From the NCBI RefSeq assembly GCF_044704955.1, contig NC_091984.1, positions 179,118,001 to 179,182,000 on the forward strand: a DNA stretch of 64,000 nucleotides, read 5' to 3'. Positions 62,346 through 64,000 of the stretch are shown piece by piece. How positions within the stretch are numbered: the first letter of the stretch is position 1; every line of letters starts with the position of its first letter. The notes under the pieces were generated by a model. It was not told the origin of the DNA. It did not search any database and was given only the letters and a program-made list of their open reading frames with translations. Position numbers and translations under genes: made by a program. The stretch is from Pristiophorus japonicus (taxonomy: Eukaryota).

Positions 62346-64000
62346 GATAAATTGATTAGTTGATAAACATCTGTCTGATAGTTTCTCGGAACTGTTTTTA
62401 AAATAAAGGCTAGGACACAGTTTCCACGAGAGGTTTCTGCTGAACATCCATTGAAGTTACCGTCGAGGAGTAGTTGGAGCTTGAGGAATTTCTTGGTTGT
62501 AGGGGCACAAGGATTTCCTGGGTTAGATCTCTGCATACAAAGTGGAGTAGTTATTAATGTAAATCCAGTGTAGCACATGTATAGGATGCTGGAGTGCAGC
62601 GTTTAACAAAGACTGTTACAACTATACACTTCAGCTTCATATTGTAGGACAACCAATTAAGAAGGGAGCAGTGCTTGGCTCAGTCAATTAACTCTCATAA
62701 CTTCAGTGAATGACTCAGCGATGTTTGTTTCAAGAATTGTGATGCTAGGTATAGCATCTGCATCAAGCACCCGGACAAGGTAACAGGACGTGACACTCAG
62801 AAGCAGAAAATAATACAGAATTTCTGATCAGGACTTCCAAGCCCACCTTGGGAAACTGAATTAAAGAGGCAGAGATTTGCGGATGTCTGTACCAGAAAGC
62901 CTTTTAAGAATAACCATTCCTGAAAACCTGACAGGGCTGTCACGTACCAGCTGGAAAAGTGTGGCGGGGGGGGGGGGGGGGGGCACTGGTACTGGGTTCC
63001 CACTCTACCACACCCAGAATTGCCGACGATTGCCAAAGAAGTTCACCAACCCTCGGTTAAGGGATATTCCAACTCAAGAGCTTGCACTGGGATTACACTG
63101 CTTCCTTAATAGCAAATCCTGACATGGATAACTCTAAAATCTCTTCTGAACCTCAGTTTGCACCCAAGAGAAGCACTGGAATGGTGAAAGGAAGGCACGT
63201 GTAGGTACCCAGGAGATGGAGAATGTTAGGACAGAATAAGTTGGATTATGTGCACTTTGGATTTCATTGTATTAAAATAGATCGTGCACTGTCATTGCAC
63301 TGTATTTTTAATGGTGGTTCTAGCCATACACGAAAGGGTGTAGATATTTGGTGCTGAATAATTCCCCAGGTGGTGTTCATTGTCAGCCTCGTGTAGAGGC
63401 AAATGGTGCTGAAGTGTTGTCCTGTTGTAGGAAAAGTAGTAGCTTGAGGGAATGTGTCTTTATTGAAAATTAGAAGGAGGTCATGTGGTGATGTGAATGG
63501 CAGACTTGACTGATGTTTGTGCTCTGATGAAGAGGCTGTAACTTATTTATGAAATACGATCTGGATCATATTGCAAATCCTCTCCAAATCTGCCCAGTAA
63601 AGCTTGCATTTAATGCCCTGATTGTCCTCTCAACGATTAACTTAGTAGAGGCACTAGCCTCCGAGCTGTGTTCCGGTGCTGTTTTCGGGCAGACCTTATG
63701 AGGAGAATAATCATGGACGTGGTAGGCTTTGTTACCAAGAAGCCATTCATGGATGTGATTAACAGACCCACGCCCTGAAACCTGACGAAATGGAGAGGTG
63801 AACCATGCAGTAGGAAGGTATGACAACTTCCATCAGATTGAGTGTTGATATGAAGGATTCTCTGCATGTTGTCGCACACAAGCTGTACATTCTGGGATAC
63901 GAAGCGCCTCGTGTTGATGTAACTGAATTGATTTTCTGTGGTAGTTTGCAAAGCAACATGAGTGCCATCTATTGCAGCCTTTGTGGAAACCCGAATCCCT
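62345..64000. mobile_element. PIF/Harbinger DNA transposon, copy B (runs off the window)
   Basis: Minus strand: YINTRRFVSQNVQLVCDNMQRILHIN..GSCH, WLLGNKAY, TKLIVERTI..L (DDE_Tnp_4/HARBI1-like). Plus strand: Myb/SANT remnant TSWKSVA...TPRIADDCQ.KFTN. Confidence 0.8.

Noticed and set aside
63569-63578. ATTGCAAAT as the displaced promoter octamer of cluster 2
   Set aside because: Imperfect, lies inside Harbinger sequence (also at ~44845), and lacks flanking homology to the cluster 1 promoter.

Overview
Repeat-dense eukaryotic DNA from a cartilaginous fish (shark-like). This is inferred from the immunoglobulin sequences and the repeat families. The window holds two paralogous immunoglobulin light-chain clusters of the lambda/type II (NS3) kind, both on the minus strand and about 47.6 kb apart. 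Each is organised L - germline-joined VJ - C, with no recombination signals, and the two carry different fixed CDR3s (8 vs 11 residues). Cluster 1 (6195-12413) has an intact C exon and an octamer promoter, but 1-bp insertions in the leader and CDR1. Cluster 2 (53817-61998) has stops and frameshifts in V and C, a solo LTR in the leader intron and no visible promoter. The rest is nested transposable elements: many CR1 LINEs, RTE and L2 fragments, Penelope-like elements (inverted insertions with 14-bp TSDs and hammerhead-like motifs), a Gypsy element, a class III ERV with a tRNA-Ser(CGA) primer site, a truncated retroviral-type integrase followed by an unknown signal-peptide ORF, PIF/Harbinger transposons, solo LTRs, and a chimeric intron-containing tRNA-Ile(UAU)/Tx1 retrocopy. 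All calls were made by eye with no database searches. TE boundaries without a stated TSD are approximate.
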